Origin: an uncultured Solirubrobacterales bacterium
Lineage (GTDB): Bacteria > Actinomycetota > Thermoleophilia > Solirubrobacterales > 70-9
Reading direction: 5' to 3'
DNA length: 64,000 bases
NCBI GenBank assembly: GCA_963843495.1
Contig: CAWJJX010000003.1
Span: 430,665 to 494,664 of the forward strand
In this document: positions 39,268 through 49,970 of the stretch, piece after piece
Numbering within the stretch: the first letter of the stretch is position 1
How the letters are laid out: every line of letters starts with the position of its first letter
Made by a program: the position numbers and the translations under genes
Notes under the pieces: generated by a model
Database searches by the model: none
What the model saw: the letters and a program-made list of their open reading frames with translations, nothing else
What the model was told of the DNA's origin: nothing

Positions 39268-41556
39268 CTGGGGCGTATTCGGGACAGCGTGCAGCGGGGC
39301 GTTAGCTGGGCCGCACGTCGAGGGATCGAGCTTGCCAGTGAGCTTCCAGACGGTGACTGGGCCGCTGCGGAGGATTGGAGCTGTGGCGGGGTCGTTGCGG
39401 AGCCAGCGGGACTCTGGGGAGGGGATTGGGTCGTCGGGGTGGAGGAAGTTGAGGAAGGGGGCGGTGACCAAGAAGTCGAGATCGGCGGCGTTGACGGCAC
39501 GACGGAAGGCGGCGCAGGTTGGGATTGCGTTGAAAGCGGCGTGGGGGCCCTTTTCGCCTAGGTATACGACGTGGTTGGAGAGGTCGGTGCCGTTGAAGCC
39601 GTACTGGAGGAATCCGGCCGTGGTGCCAACGAGGCCGATGCGGGTGTCGGTCTCCTCGCGAGCCCACTGGTAGGCGCTGTCGAGGCCCAGGCCGGGGATT
39701 TCGGACCCAGGCCCGAAGCGGTCGCGCAGGTAATCGCGCTGCAACGGGTAGCCGAGCGCGACGATCAGCAGGACGAGGGTGGCGAACCCACCGAGGACGA
39801 CGCCCCGTCCGGCTCCTCGTGCGCGGGCGAACAGCAGCGCCACCGGGACCCCGACCACGAGCAGCGCGAAGACCAAGGCGAAGACGCGCGACGGGTCCCT
39901 CACCACCGCATCCCCCCGGTCGGTGACCACCAAAACAAGGAGCAGCCCCGCCAGCACCCCCCACTCCCACCGCCGACGGGCCCAAGAGCGATCCATATCT
40001 CTGTTTTGGGTCCCGTCGCGCCAGAGGGCTACGGGGAGAAGGGTTAGGCCGAGGAGGAGGGGGGGGATCGCGTAGCGGATGTTGATGCCGAAGCCGACCG
40101 GTTCCCCCTCGGCGCCGGCGGCGCTGAGGGGGGTGAAGAGGTAGGCGAGGAGGCCGAGCAGGGCGACAGCGCCCAGCCAGCGGATGATCGGCTCCCGGAA
40201 GCGAAATAGGGCGAGCAGGCCACCGGCGAGCGCGGCTGCGATCACGACCGGCCAGAGCGCTCCGAACGCTTGGTGCAGTCCCGGCCCGAAGTACTCGCGC
40301 CAGACCTCGGTGTCGGTGAGGTAGTGGACGATGCTGAAGTCCGGGCGACCCTCTTGCAGTCGCTCCGGATGAGGCAACGAGATCGGCCCAATGCTCGTCG
40401 CCTGGGGCAGCGGGTTGCCAGCGACGATCAGGTTGCGCAGGTACCAGTAGCCACCGCCCAGAAGGGCCGGCACGAACCACCAGCCGAAAACGGCCCACCG
40501 GCGCCCTGTCGGCGCCAGCGCAACGACCGCGACCGTCAAAGCCGCAGCCATGGCTACCGCCGTCGACTTGGTCCCCACAGCAACCCCAACAGCCAGACCG
40601 GCGACCGCCAACGCCCACTCAAGGCGCCGACGGGACCCAAAGCGATCTATATCTTCGCTTTGGGTCCCGTCGGCGGGTGTGGTGCGGGTGGTCCAGGCGT
40701 TGACGAGGATTGCGGCGGCGGCTAGCAGGAGCGCCGCTGCTACGAGATCGTTCTTGGCCGCGCCGGGCTCGCGCACGACCAGGGTGTGGCACTCGAGCAC
40801 TATTGCCGCCGCGACGACCGAGAGGTGTCCCCTGCCGTAGGGACGACCGATGCACCACGCGGCGAGGAAGGCGATGGCGAGGAAGGCGAAGTTGATGAAG
40901 GGCGAAAGCGTGTCGCGGTGCGTCAGCAGAATCCCAACCGCGTGCAGGAGCTCGGAGTTCTGCGGGTAGAGCCAGTTGGTGAAGACCGTCTCGGTGTAGT
41001 GCAGTCCGGTGACGGAGTGGGCCTGCACCATGTCCGCCGCGAAGGGCATGTGGTACCAGAGCGAGTCGAAGTTGAAGATGCCCCGGTCGAGGGCATCCTT
41101 GGCGGTCAGGCCCCAGTGGGCGAAGACGAGGGCTATAACGCCCCATGTCACGACCAGGGCCAGGGTTTCTGGGCCGGCGGGTCCTGTCACGGATTTGGTC
41201 CCACCACCCGGCTGCGGCGCGGCTTCGCCGCGTCCTCGGGGGTGGTCCCCCAAATCCGCGCCACCCCCCGGCAGAGACGGATTGCCTGGCGTGGGACGAA
41301 CGCGCCAGGCGACCACCGCAGCGAGAAGCAGGGGTGAAGCGACCAGAGCCCATTGGTAGAAGAGCTGAAGGGTTCCGAGGAGCTCGGCCAGCCAGATCAG
41401 CAAGGCAAGGGCGGTGACGCTCTCGACTAGGCGGGCTGGGGCGCCGGTCCAGCCTGGGAGGAGCTTTTGGCGGAGGTGGAAGGCGCTGAAGCCGATCGAG
41501 AGGCCAACGGCGGCGAGAGCGAGGGCGCTGAGGATGTAGGAGCCGGGGCCGATCAC
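39253..41556 (-). CDS. large polytopic membrane protein (possible GT-C-type glycosyltransferase; function unverified)
   Basis: 767-aa ORF with more than 12 predicted hydrophobic helices, plus a soluble C-terminal domain of about 150 aa. Confidence 0.7.
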   Translation of the reverse strand: MIGPGSYILSALALAAVGLSIGFSAFHLRQKLLPGWTGAPARLVESVTALALLIWLAELLGTLQLFYQWALVASPLLLAAVVAWRVRPTPGNPSLPGGGADLGDHPRGRGEAAPQPGGGTKSVTGPAGPETLALVVTWGVIALVFAHWGLTAKDALDRGIFNFDSLWYHMPFAADMVQAHSVTGLHYTETVFTNWLYPQNSELLHAVGILLTHRDTLSPFINFAFLAIAFLAAWCIGRPYGRGHLSVVAAAIVLECHTLVVREPGAAKNDLVAAALLLAAAAILVNAWTTRTTPADGTQSEDIDRFGSRRRLEWALAVAGLAVGVAVGTKSTAVAMAAALTVAVVALAPTGRRWAVFGWWFVPALLGGGYWYLRNLIVAGNPLPQATSIGPISLPHPERLQEGRPDFSIVHYLTDTEVWREYFGPGLHQAFGALWPVVIAAALAGGLLALFRFREPIIRWLGAVALLGLLAYLFTPLSAAGAEGEPVGFGINIRYAIPPLLLGLTLLPVALWRDGTQNRDMDRSWARRRWEWGVLAGLLLVLVVTDRGDAVVRDPSRVFALVFALLVVGVPVALLFARARGAGRGVVLGGFATLVLLIVALGYPLQRDYLRDRFGPGSEIPGLGLDSAYQWAREETDTRIGLVGTTAGFLQYGFNGTDLSNHVVYLGEKGPHAAFNAIPTCAAFRRAVNAADLDFLVTAPFLNFLHPDDPIPSPESRWLRNDPATAPILRSGPVTVWKLTGKLDPSTCGPANAPLHAVPNTPQGQSQ
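39971..40028. repeat. intragenic palindromic element, copy B (degenerate)
   Basis: CGACGGG-CCCAAGAGCGATCCATATCTCTGTTTTGGGTCCCGTCG. Encodes DGTQNRDMDRSWARRRWEW in frame. Confidence 0.6.
40614..40674. repeat. intragenic palindromic element, copy A (perfect 19-bp arms 40627-40645 / 40655-40673)
   Basis: CCGACGGGACCCAAAGCGA-tctatatct-TCGCTTTGGGTCCCGTCGG. Encodes DGTQSEDIDRFGSRRRLEW in frame. Confidence 0.7.
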
Positions 41557-41578
41557 CGGGACCGCTCCGGGGAGATCG

Positions 41579-41947
41579 CTAGTTGAGGCCGCGGACTACG
41601 AGGGGGGTCTCGCCGGGGGCGATCATGCCCTGGGCGCGGGCCCTGCTGTTGAGGACAATCGGGTCGTCGGCGTGCTGGATGCGCCAGTGCAGGCTGGTGT
41701 TTTCGTCCTGGACGCGGTGCAGCTCCGCTTTCGCCGCCGTGGTCGCCGTATAGGTCTTGACCACGTCGATCACCGGGTTGAGGTACGAGTAGAGGACTGC
41801 CGCCAGCACCAGCGTCAGCGCGATCCGGCCGACCCTGTCCCAGTGGATGCGACTTGCCCCGCTGCGCGGAGCGGGGCGCCGCCGCGCCGCCGGTCGGCGC
41901 CTGGGCCTGCCGATGGCTGGTTTGCGGGCCTGGGCGCGTGCGGCCAT
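41579..41947 (-). CDS. septum formation initiator family protein (FtsB/DivIC-like)
   Basis: Arg-rich N-terminus, one TM helix (IALTLVLAAVLYSYL) and a coiled-coil segment. It occupies the conserved position immediately downstream of eno. Confidence 0.75.
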   Translation of the reverse strand: MAARAQARKPAIGRPRRRPAARRRPAPRSGASRIHWDRVGRIALTLVLAAVLYSYLNPVIDVVKTYTATTAAKAELHRVQDENTSLHWRIQHADDPIVLNSRARAQGMIAPGETPLVVRGLN

Positions 41948-41983
41948 GCCCAGACCTACTAGGCCGAGCCCCGCATTCCTCCA

Positions 41984-43291
<1,308 letters not shown>

Positions 43292-43309
43292 CTATTTATC
43301 CCGGCGGCG

Positions 43310-44629
43310 CTATTCGCTAGGCACGACGGGCGGGGCACCGGGCGGCGGCGCGCCTTCGGGCAGGGCCGGTTCGAGCAGCGAGGGACGGGGCCGCTGCGCC
43401 AGTTTCTGCCCTTCCGGCGTCAGCGGATTGACCGAGCCCGGCTGCGCCGGCTTGACCTGCGGCACCGGCGCGGGGCAGGCTTCCGGCGGACCACCTTTGG
43501 GATCGGCTTCGTAGCAAGCAGGGTTGGCTTCCGGCGAGCGGCCGCTCGCCGTGAAGTTGGCGCAGCGTTCGATCGTGAAGTCGTCCGCGCAGAACGTGCG
43601 GGATTTCCACCGGCTGCCGTAACCATTGACGAAACGGGTGAATTCCTGCTGCCGGGCCTGTTCGGCCAGCTGCGTGCTGATCTGCGATTTGGCCACCTCG
43701 AGCGACTGGACGTCCTCGGGGGTGACCTTCATCACCTCGAACACGGCGTATCCCTGGGCTTCCTGGATTGGGCCTTCGACCTCACCCTGCGAGGCGGCGA
43801 AGATCGCGCCGCCCAGCGGTTCGGGGATCTGGCCTTCGGTAACACCAGTCTGAAGACCGCCGCTTTCCTTCGTCGCGGCGTCGGTCGAGAATTTTTTGGT
43901 CACCTTGCCCCAGCTCTGGGTCGAGTCGTCTTTTTCGAGCTGGGCCTTGGCCGCTTCGACCTTCGCCTTGTCTTTGTTTTTGACGATGCGAACGTCGCGC
44001 GATTCCGGGGTGGTGAACTGCGAGGACTTGGCCTCGTCGTAGAAGGCTTCGATTTCGCCGTCGCTGGGGACCTTGCCCGTTTCCGTGACCGCTTCCTGGA
44101 TCTTGCCGCTGAGGATCTGGATCGTCACGCGCTGGTTGACGTCCTCCTCGGTGAAGTTCGCTTCTTTGAGGAATTCCCTGTACTGCTTCTCCGTTTTGAA
44201 GGCTTGGTTTTTCAGTTTCACCAGTTCTTTGGAGATTTCGTCCTCGGTCACCGTGAAGCCCATTTCCTCCGCCTGGCCCTGGATCCAGATCGCGTCGAAG
44301 ATTTCCCCCAGCGCCGTTTTCTGCACTTCCTCGTACTGTTTGTCACCAGGTTTGGGCACCGGTTGGATCTGGGCGGAGGCGGCCGCCTGCTCGAGGGCGC
44401 GCTCAAACTCCTCTTCGGTGACCGTGCCGAGGTCCTCGTCGGGCGCGTCCTCGACGATCGCCACCGCTCCCGATGGGACGCTGGGGTTGCCGAGCCCCTG
44501 GGCGATCGCGAAGATTAGGAAGAGGACGATGAGGAGGGCAGCGAAGACCAGCAGCGCGAGCCGCTGTAGCCCGGCCGACTTCCTCCCTTGCCTCTGATTC
44601 GAAGCCACGGATCGCGCAGCATAAATCAA
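43310..44629 (-). CDS. membrane-anchored SurA-N / parvulin-type peptidyl-prolyl isomerase-like protein
   Basis: N-terminal TM helix, a SurA-like chaperone region, a parvulin-like segment (RDVRIVKNKD..GGLQTGVTEGQIPEPLG..GYAVFEV) and a Cys- and Pro-rich tail. Confidence 0.7.
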   Translation of the reverse strand: MIYAARSVASNQRQGRKSAGLQRLALLVFAALLIVLFLIFAIAQGLGNPSVPSGAVAIVEDAPDEDLGTVTEEEFERALEQAAASAQIQPVPKPGDKQYEEVQKTALGEIFDAIWIQGQAEEMGFTVTEDEISKELVKLKNQAFKTEKQYREFLKEANFTEEDVNQRVTIQILSGKIQEAVTETGKVPSDGEIEAFYDEAKSSQFTTPESRDVRIVKNKDKAKVEAAKAQLEKDDSTQSWGKVTKKFSTDAATKESGGLQTGVTEGQIPEPLGGAIFAASQGEVEGPIQEAQGYAVFEVMKVTPEDVQSLEVAKSQISTQLAEQARQQEFTRFVNGYGSRWKSRTFCADDFTIERCANFTASGRSPEANPACYEADPKGGPPEACPAPVPQVKPAQPGSVNPLTPEGQKLAQRPRPSLLEPALPEGAPPPGAPPVVPSE

Positions 44630-44656
44630 ATGCCGCGTCGGGTGCCGCTAGCGGGG

Positions 44657-47600
44657 CTACGTCGCGACCGGGGCACCCGTCGCCTTCGCATCGCGGATCG
44701 CCTCCGCCATCGCCAGCACCGCAACGAGGCGTGCTTCGGGCTCGTCCTCGACGCGCACGCTCGCGGTCCTCTCACGCCACTCGTAGAGGGCGCCCTCTAG
44801 CCGCTCACCGAGCGCGCTGGCGCCCTCCGAGTCGAGCTCGACCCCGGTGACGCTGAGGCGCCCGCCGCGGAACTCGACGCTGCGGGCGCCCGCCAACCCC
44901 AGCTCGATCCGAGCCCGCTGCAGCGCCAGCAGGTTCTCGGCCTCGGGCGGGGGCGGCCCGAAGCGGTCGTCGAGCTCGTCGCGGATCGCGCGCAGCTCGC
45001 CGGGCTCGCGGGCCGCAGCGATGCGACGGTGGACGTCGATCTTCGCCGCCTCGAAGGGAATGAAGGCAGCGGGAAGGTAGGCGTCGACCGGCACGTCGAG
45101 CCGCACGGGCTCGGGCGCCTCCTCGCCCTCCTCGCCCTCGCCGGCCTCCCGTGCGAGGCCAACCGCCTCGTCGATCATCTGGCAGTAGAGCTCGAAGCCA
45201 ACGGCGGCGACGTGGCCGGACTGCTCCTCTCCGAGGAGGTCGCCGGCGCCGCGGATGTCGAGGTCGCGCATCGCGATCTTGAACCCCGAGCCGAGCTCGG
45301 TGTGGTCGGCGAGGGTCGAGAGGCGGGCCGCCGCCTCCTCGGTAAGAGCCTCGGCCGAGGGGTAGAGCAGGTAGGCAAAGGCGCGCTCGCGTGAGCGCCC
45401 GACCCGGCCGCGGATCTGGTACGCCTGCGCCAGGCCGAGCTGGTCGGCGCGCTCGACTATCAGCGTGTTCGCGGTCGGTATGTCGAGCCCCGACTCGATG
45501 ATCGTGGTCGTCACCAGGCAATCGGCCTCTCCGCGCAGGAAGCCGAGCATCGTCCCCTCGAGCTGGGTCTCCTCCATCTGGCCGTGTGCTTCGGCGAAAC
45601 GCGCCTTGGGCACCAGGCCGCGCAGACGCTCAACGGTCTCGGGCAGCGAGTCGATCCGGTTGTGCAGGAAGAAGGCCTGGCCGCCGCGCTCCAGCTCGCG
45701 ATGGATCGCCTTGGCCACCAGGTCCTCGTCGTAGGGGCCGACGTAGGTCCGGACCGGGCGGCGTCCCTCAGGCGGGGTCTCGATCGTCGAGATGTCCCGC
45801 AACCCAGCCAGGCTCATCTGCAGGGTACGCGGGATCGGAGTCGCCGAGAGGGCCAGCACGTCGACCTTGAGCTTCAGCTGGCGCAACAGCTCCTTCTGCT
45901 TGACGCCGAAGCGCTGCTCCTCGTCGACGATGACGAGGCCGAGGTCCTTGGCCCGCACGTCGCGCGAGAGCAGGCGGTGGGTCCCGATCAGGACGTCGAC
46001 CTTGCCCGCCTCGAACTCGGCCAGCGCCGCCTTCACCTCCGCCGGCTTGCGCAGACGAGAGACGCCCTCGACGACGAAGGGCAGGTCGGCGAGCCGCTCG
46101 CGGAAGGTGCCGAGGTGCTGCTGGGCGAGGACCGTCGTCGGCACCAGCATCATCACCTGCTTGCCGTCGGAGGCAGCCTTGACCGCCGCCCGCAGCGCCA
46201 CCTCGGTCTTGCCGAAGCCGACGTCGCCACAGACGAGCCGGTCCATCGGCTGCTCGGCCTCCATGTCGCCCTTGACCGCCTCGATCGCTTCCACCTGATC
46301 GGCGGTCTCGCGGTAGGCGAAGGCGGCCTCCATCGTCATCTGCCACTCGCCGTCGGCGCCGAAGGCGTGCCCCTTGCGCGTGCGCCGCTCGGCGTAGAGG
46401 TTGAGCAGCTCACCGGCGAGCGCGCCCGCGGCGCGGCGCGCCCGAGCCTTCATGTTCTGCCAGCGCTTGCCGCCGAGCGCGGAGAGCGTTGGTTCGCCGC
46501 CGGCGCCGACGTACCGGCTCAGCTTGGCGAGCTGATCGGTGGGGACGTAGACGCGGTCCTCGCCCTTGTATTCGAGGTAGAGGTAGTCGCGGGTGACGCC
46601 GCCGACCTCGCGCGTCTCGAAGCCGGCGAAGCGGGCGACGCCGTGGTCCTCGTGGACGACGTAATCGCCGACGCGCAGGTCGCTGAAGGCGAGCCTGCCG
46701 CGGGCGGCGCCCGGGGCGCGGGCTTCGGCGCGGCGGCGCCGGTGGACGAGGCGGCGGAAGGGGTAGACGGCGAGCCGCAGCTCGGGGCTGACGAAGCCCT
46801 CGCGCAGCCGCGCCTCGGCGAAGGTGAGGCCGGGGTCGGGCGAGAGGCGGCCGCCGTCGAGCAGGGCCGCGTCGAGCCGGTCGAGACCGTAGCGCGCTCG
46901 CTCCGCCTCGCCGCGGTCGTCGAAGGCGACGATCGTGCGGTAGCCCGAGCGGACCTGCTTCTCCAGCTCCGCCTCGGCCTCCTTGACGCTGCGGGCGGGA
47001 GACTCGGCACGGGCGGCGCGGAAGGCGTCCTCGTCGCCGTCTCCCGCCGCCTTGAAGGAGAGGACAGCGCGCTCCGCGAGCGGCACCGCGACGTCGACGT
47101 AGAGCCTGCTGGCGTCATCGGAGTGCATCGCGGTCGTCGCGTCCTCCCAGTGGTCGCGCAGGGCGGGCTCGATCTCCTCGGCGGCGGCGAGGATCACCGT
47201 GGCCGCGTCGGGAACCAGCGTCAGCGGCGGCCCGAAACGCTCCAGCGGCAGCACCTCGGCCAGGCTGGGCGCCTCCCTGCCCTCCTCTGCCGCCTCCATC
47301 GCCACCAGCTCGGCGAGTTCGCGGTGCTCGGCGTCGAGCTCGGCCGCCGGCGCCAGCTCGACCCGCTCGGCGTCGCCCAGCGAGCGCTGGGTAAAGGTCG
47401 AGAACCAGCGCATCGACTCGACCTCATCGCCGAAGAGCTCGATCCGCACCGCCCGCTCCTCGGTCGCGCCGAAGACATCGAGGATGCCGCCGCGAGCGGC
47501 AAACTGGCCGCGCTCCTCGACCTGCTCGACCCGTTCGTAGCCGGCCGCGGCGAGGTCGCGGGCGACGCCCGCCGGGTCGATTTCCTCGCCCGCGAGGATC

Positions 47601-48043
47601 GTCAGGCCGGAGGGACGCAGGGCGGCGTCGGGCACCGCCTCGGCGAGCGCCGTGGCGCTGGCGACGACGAGCGCGTCCGTCTCCTCGGCAAGCGCGTCGA
47701 GCGCGTCGATCCGCAGTCCCACCAGGTGGGGCGGCGGCGTCACGTGCGAGGCGAAGCCGGTCCCGCGCGACGGGTAGAGGCGCACGCGTCGCGGTGCCAG
47801 GTAGGCGCGCAGATCGGCGGCGAGGTCACGGGCGGAGCGATCGTCGGCGGCGACCAAGAGCGCCGGCCTGCCGGCCAGCCCCCTGTCGTCCTCGAGCAGA
47901 GAGGCGAGCAGCAGCGGACGCAGCATCGCGGAGGCCGCCACCCCGACCGCCTCGTCACCGCCCGCGGCGTCGCGCACGCGGCCGGCGAGCGCGTGCACGC
48001 GCTCGTTCTCGGCGGCAATCTCGATCAGCGGTCTGAGTGACAT
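44657..48043 (-). CDS. mfd: transcription-repair coupling factor Mfd
   Basis: About 1128 aa with a UvrB-homology N-terminus, an RNAP-interacting domain (VGDYVVHEDHGVARF), SF2 helicase motifs (GDVGFGKTEV, VIVDEEQRFG) and a TRG motif. Start placed at MSLRPLIEI (ATG 48043). Confidence 0.95.
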   Translation of the reverse strand: MSLRPLIEIAAENERVHALAGRVRDAAGGDEAVGVAASAMLRPLLLASLLEDDRGLAGRPALLVAADDRSARDLAADLRAYLAPRRVRLYPSRGTGFASHVTPPPHLVGLRIDALDALAEETDALVVASATALAEAVPDAALRPSGLTILAGEEIDPAGVARDLAAAGYERVEQVEERGQFAARGGILDVFGATEERAVRIELFGDEVESMRWFSTFTQRSLGDAERVELAPAAELDAEHRELAELVAMEAAEEGREAPSLAEVLPLERFGPPLTLVPDAATVILAAAEEIEPALRDHWEDATTAMHSDDASRLYVDVAVPLAERAVLSFKAAGDGDEDAFRAARAESPARSVKEAEAELEKQVRSGYRTIVAFDDRGEAERARYGLDRLDAALLDGGRLSPDPGLTFAEARLREGFVSPELRLAVYPFRRLVHRRRRAEARAPGAARGRLAFSDLRVGDYVVHEDHGVARFAGFETREVGGVTRDYLYLEYKGEDRVYVPTDQLAKLSRYVGAGGEPTLSALGGKRWQNMKARARRAAGALAGELLNLYAERRTRKGHAFGADGEWQMTMEAAFAYRETADQVEAIEAVKGDMEAEQPMDRLVCGDVGFGKTEVALRAAVKAASDGKQVMMLVPTTVLAQQHLGTFRERLADLPFVVEGVSRLRKPAEVKAALAEFEAGKVDVLIGTHRLLSRDVRAKDLGLVIVDEEQRFGVKQKELLRQLKLKVDVLALSATPIPRTLQMSLAGLRDISTIETPPEGRRPVRTYVGPYDEDLVAKAIHRELERGGQAFFLHNRIDSLPETVERLRGLVPKARFAEAHGQMEETQLEGTMLGFLRGEADCLVTTTIIESGLDIPTANTLIVERADQLGLAQAYQIRGRVGRSRERAFAYLLYPSAEALTEEAAARLSTLADHTELGSGFKIAMRDLDIRGAGDLLGEEQSGHVAAVGFELYCQMIDEAVGLAREAGEGEEGEEAPEPVRLDVPVDAYLPAAFIPFEAAKIDVHRRIAAAREPGELRAIRDELDDRFGPPPPEAENLLALQRARIELGLAGARSVEFRGGRLSVTGVELDSEGASALGERLEGALYEWRERTASVRVEDEPEARLVAVLAMAEAIRDAKATGAPVAT

Positions 48044-48134
48044 GGCAGGCGAAACGCCCGGAGCGGGGCTCCGGGCGGGTCGGGCGATTCTACGAGGCGA
48101 GGCCGGGCGGCCCTCCAGACCTAGTATCTGCACC

Positions 48135-49967
48135 ATGTCCGCGCTGGGAGACGTGGCGGCGGCGATCCTGCCGCCGGAGGCAGGGGGGCCCGACCCCGAG
48201 CGCGTGGCGGGCGTAGCCCGGCGGATGGTCTCGCGGATGCCACCCGCGTCTCAGGCTGGGATCGGCGCAGCGCTGATCGGCCTGGAGGCGTTCTCGCTGG
48301 CGCGCACCGGCCGGCGACTTGGGAGGGCGGCGCCGGAGCGCCGGGAAGAGCTGCTGGCCGAGGTCACCCGCCTAGGCGGTGCGCCGCTGCTGGACACGGT
48401 CAAGTCGATAATCATGCTGGCCCACGGTGCCGACGCCTACGCCGGCGAGATCGCCGCGGTCGGCTCGCGCCACGAGCCGTCGCGACCCGACGGCGCGCTC
48501 AACCTCATCCCGGCGACCGAGTGGGCTCTGCACGCCAGCTGCGACGTGATCGTGATCGGGTCCGGCGCCGGCGGCGCCTTCGCCGCCCGGGCGCTGGCCC
48601 GGGCCGGCCTCGACACCGTGATCGTCGAGGAAGGCGAACGCTGGACTGCGGAGCGAATCCGCGACTCCCATCCGCTCGATCGCTTCGCCGGCATCTACCG
48701 CGACGGCGGCACGACGACGGCGCTCGGCAACCCGCCGATCGCCCTGCCGCTGGGACGCGCCGTGGGCGGCACGACGGTGATCAACTCGGGCACCTGCTAC
48801 CGGCCCCCGACCGCCGTTGCCCAGGCCTGGCATGAGCACCACGGCCTGGCCCACGCCAACCTCGAGCTGCTCGGCCCGCGGGTCGCCGACGTCGAAGCGA
48901 CGATCGGCGTGGCGCCGGCGCCGATGGAGGTGCTGGGCCGCAACGGGGAACTCGCGCTGGAGGGCGCGTCGGCGCTGGATTGGCAGAACGCGCCGCTGCG
49001 GCGCAACGCGCCGGGCTGTCGCGGCGCCTGCCAGTGCGCGATCGGCTGCCCCAACAACGCCAAGGGCGGCGTCCACCTCAACGCCCTGCCGCAGGCCTGC
49101 GAGGCCGGCGCGCGGATCGCCTCGGGCCTGCACGTGCGCCGGGTGCTGACCGAAGCGGGGCGGGCGACCGGCGTGCTCGCCCGCGCAACGGACGGCCGGG
49201 AGGTGCGCATCGCGGCGCCGCTGGTCGTCGTCGCCGCCGGGGCGGTGCCGACGCCCCCCCTGCTGCGGCGCAGCGGCCTCGGTCGCCATCCCGCCCTCGG
49301 CCGCAACCTCTCGATCCACCCGGCAACCGGCATCACCGCGAGCTTTGAGGAGGAGGTGATCCCATGGCGCGGCGTGATGCAGAGCGTCGGGATCGAGGAG
49401 CTGCACGAGCGCGAGGGGGTCCTGCTCGAGGCCACCTCGACGCCGCCCGGGATGGGGGCGGTCTCAGCGCCCGGCTACGGCACGCACCTGCTGCGGCGCC
49501 TCGACCGCGCCGCCAACACGGCGACGCTGGGAGCGATGATCGCCGACGAGCCATCCGGTCGCGTCTTCGGCCGTCGCTCGCCCCTGGTCACCTACCGACT
49601 CGCCAAGGCCGACGAACGCCGTCTCGCCATCGCCGTCGCCGCGATGACGCGCGTGATGCTCGCCGCCGGCGCAAGGGAGGTCGAGCTGGGGGGCGGCGCC
49701 CCCGTGGTCCGCTCCGAGGCGGACCTGGACGCGGCGATGCAGCAACTCGACGTGCGCCGCCTGCGACTCGCCGCCTTCCACCCCACCGGCTCCGCCGCCG
49801 CCGGGTCGGACCCATCGCGCCACCCGGTCGATCCGGAGGGCCGTTTGCGCGGCATCGACGGGGTCTGGGTCGCCGACGGCTCGATCCTGCCCAGCTGTCC
49901 GGGCGTGAACCCCCAAGTCTCGATCATGGCGATCGCCGCGGGGGTCGGCGAGGCGGCAACCGCGTAG
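48135..49967 (+). CDS. GMC-family FAD-dependent oxidoreductase
   Basis: DVIVIGSGAGGAFAARALARAGLDTVIVEEG Rossmann motif and a C-terminal GMC_oxred_C-like region (..HPTGSAA..VADGSILPS..). Confidence 0.85.
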   Translation: MSALGDVAAAILPPEAGGPDPERVAGVARRMVSRMPPASQAGIGAALIGLEAFSLARTGRRLGRAAPERREELLAEVTRLGGAPLLDTVKSIIMLAHGADAYAGEIAAVGSRHEPSRPDGALNLIPATEWALHASCDVIVIGSGAGGAFAARALARAGLDTVIVEEGERWTAERIRDSHPLDRFAGIYRDGGTTTALGNPPIALPLGRAVGGTTVINSGTCYRPPTAVAQAWHEHHGLAHANLELLGPRVADVEATIGVAPAPMEVLGRNGELALEGASALDWQNAPLRRNAPGCRGACQCAIGCPNNAKGGVHLNALPQACEAGARIASGLHVRRVLTEAGRATGVLARATDGREVRIAAPLVVVAAGAVPTPPLLRRSGLGRHPALGRNLSIHPATGITASFEEEVIPWRGVMQSVGIEELHEREGVLLEATSTPPGMGAVSAPGYGTHLLRRLDRAANTATLGAMIADEPSGRVFGRRSPLVTYRLAKADERRLAIAVAAMTRVMLAAGAREVELGGGAPVVRSEADLDAAMQQLDVRRLRLAAFHPTGSAAAGSDPSRHPVDPEGRLRGIDGVWVADGSILPSCPGVNPQVSIMAIAAGVGEAATA

Positions 49968-49970
49968 GGC

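Noticed and set aside
44657-48043. The large SF2 helicase considered as the missing HsdR of the type I module.
   Set aside because: It has the full Mfd/TRCF architecture (UvrB-homology region, RNAP-interacting domain, TRG motif), sits in conserved housekeeping synteny 16 kb away, and has backbone GC.
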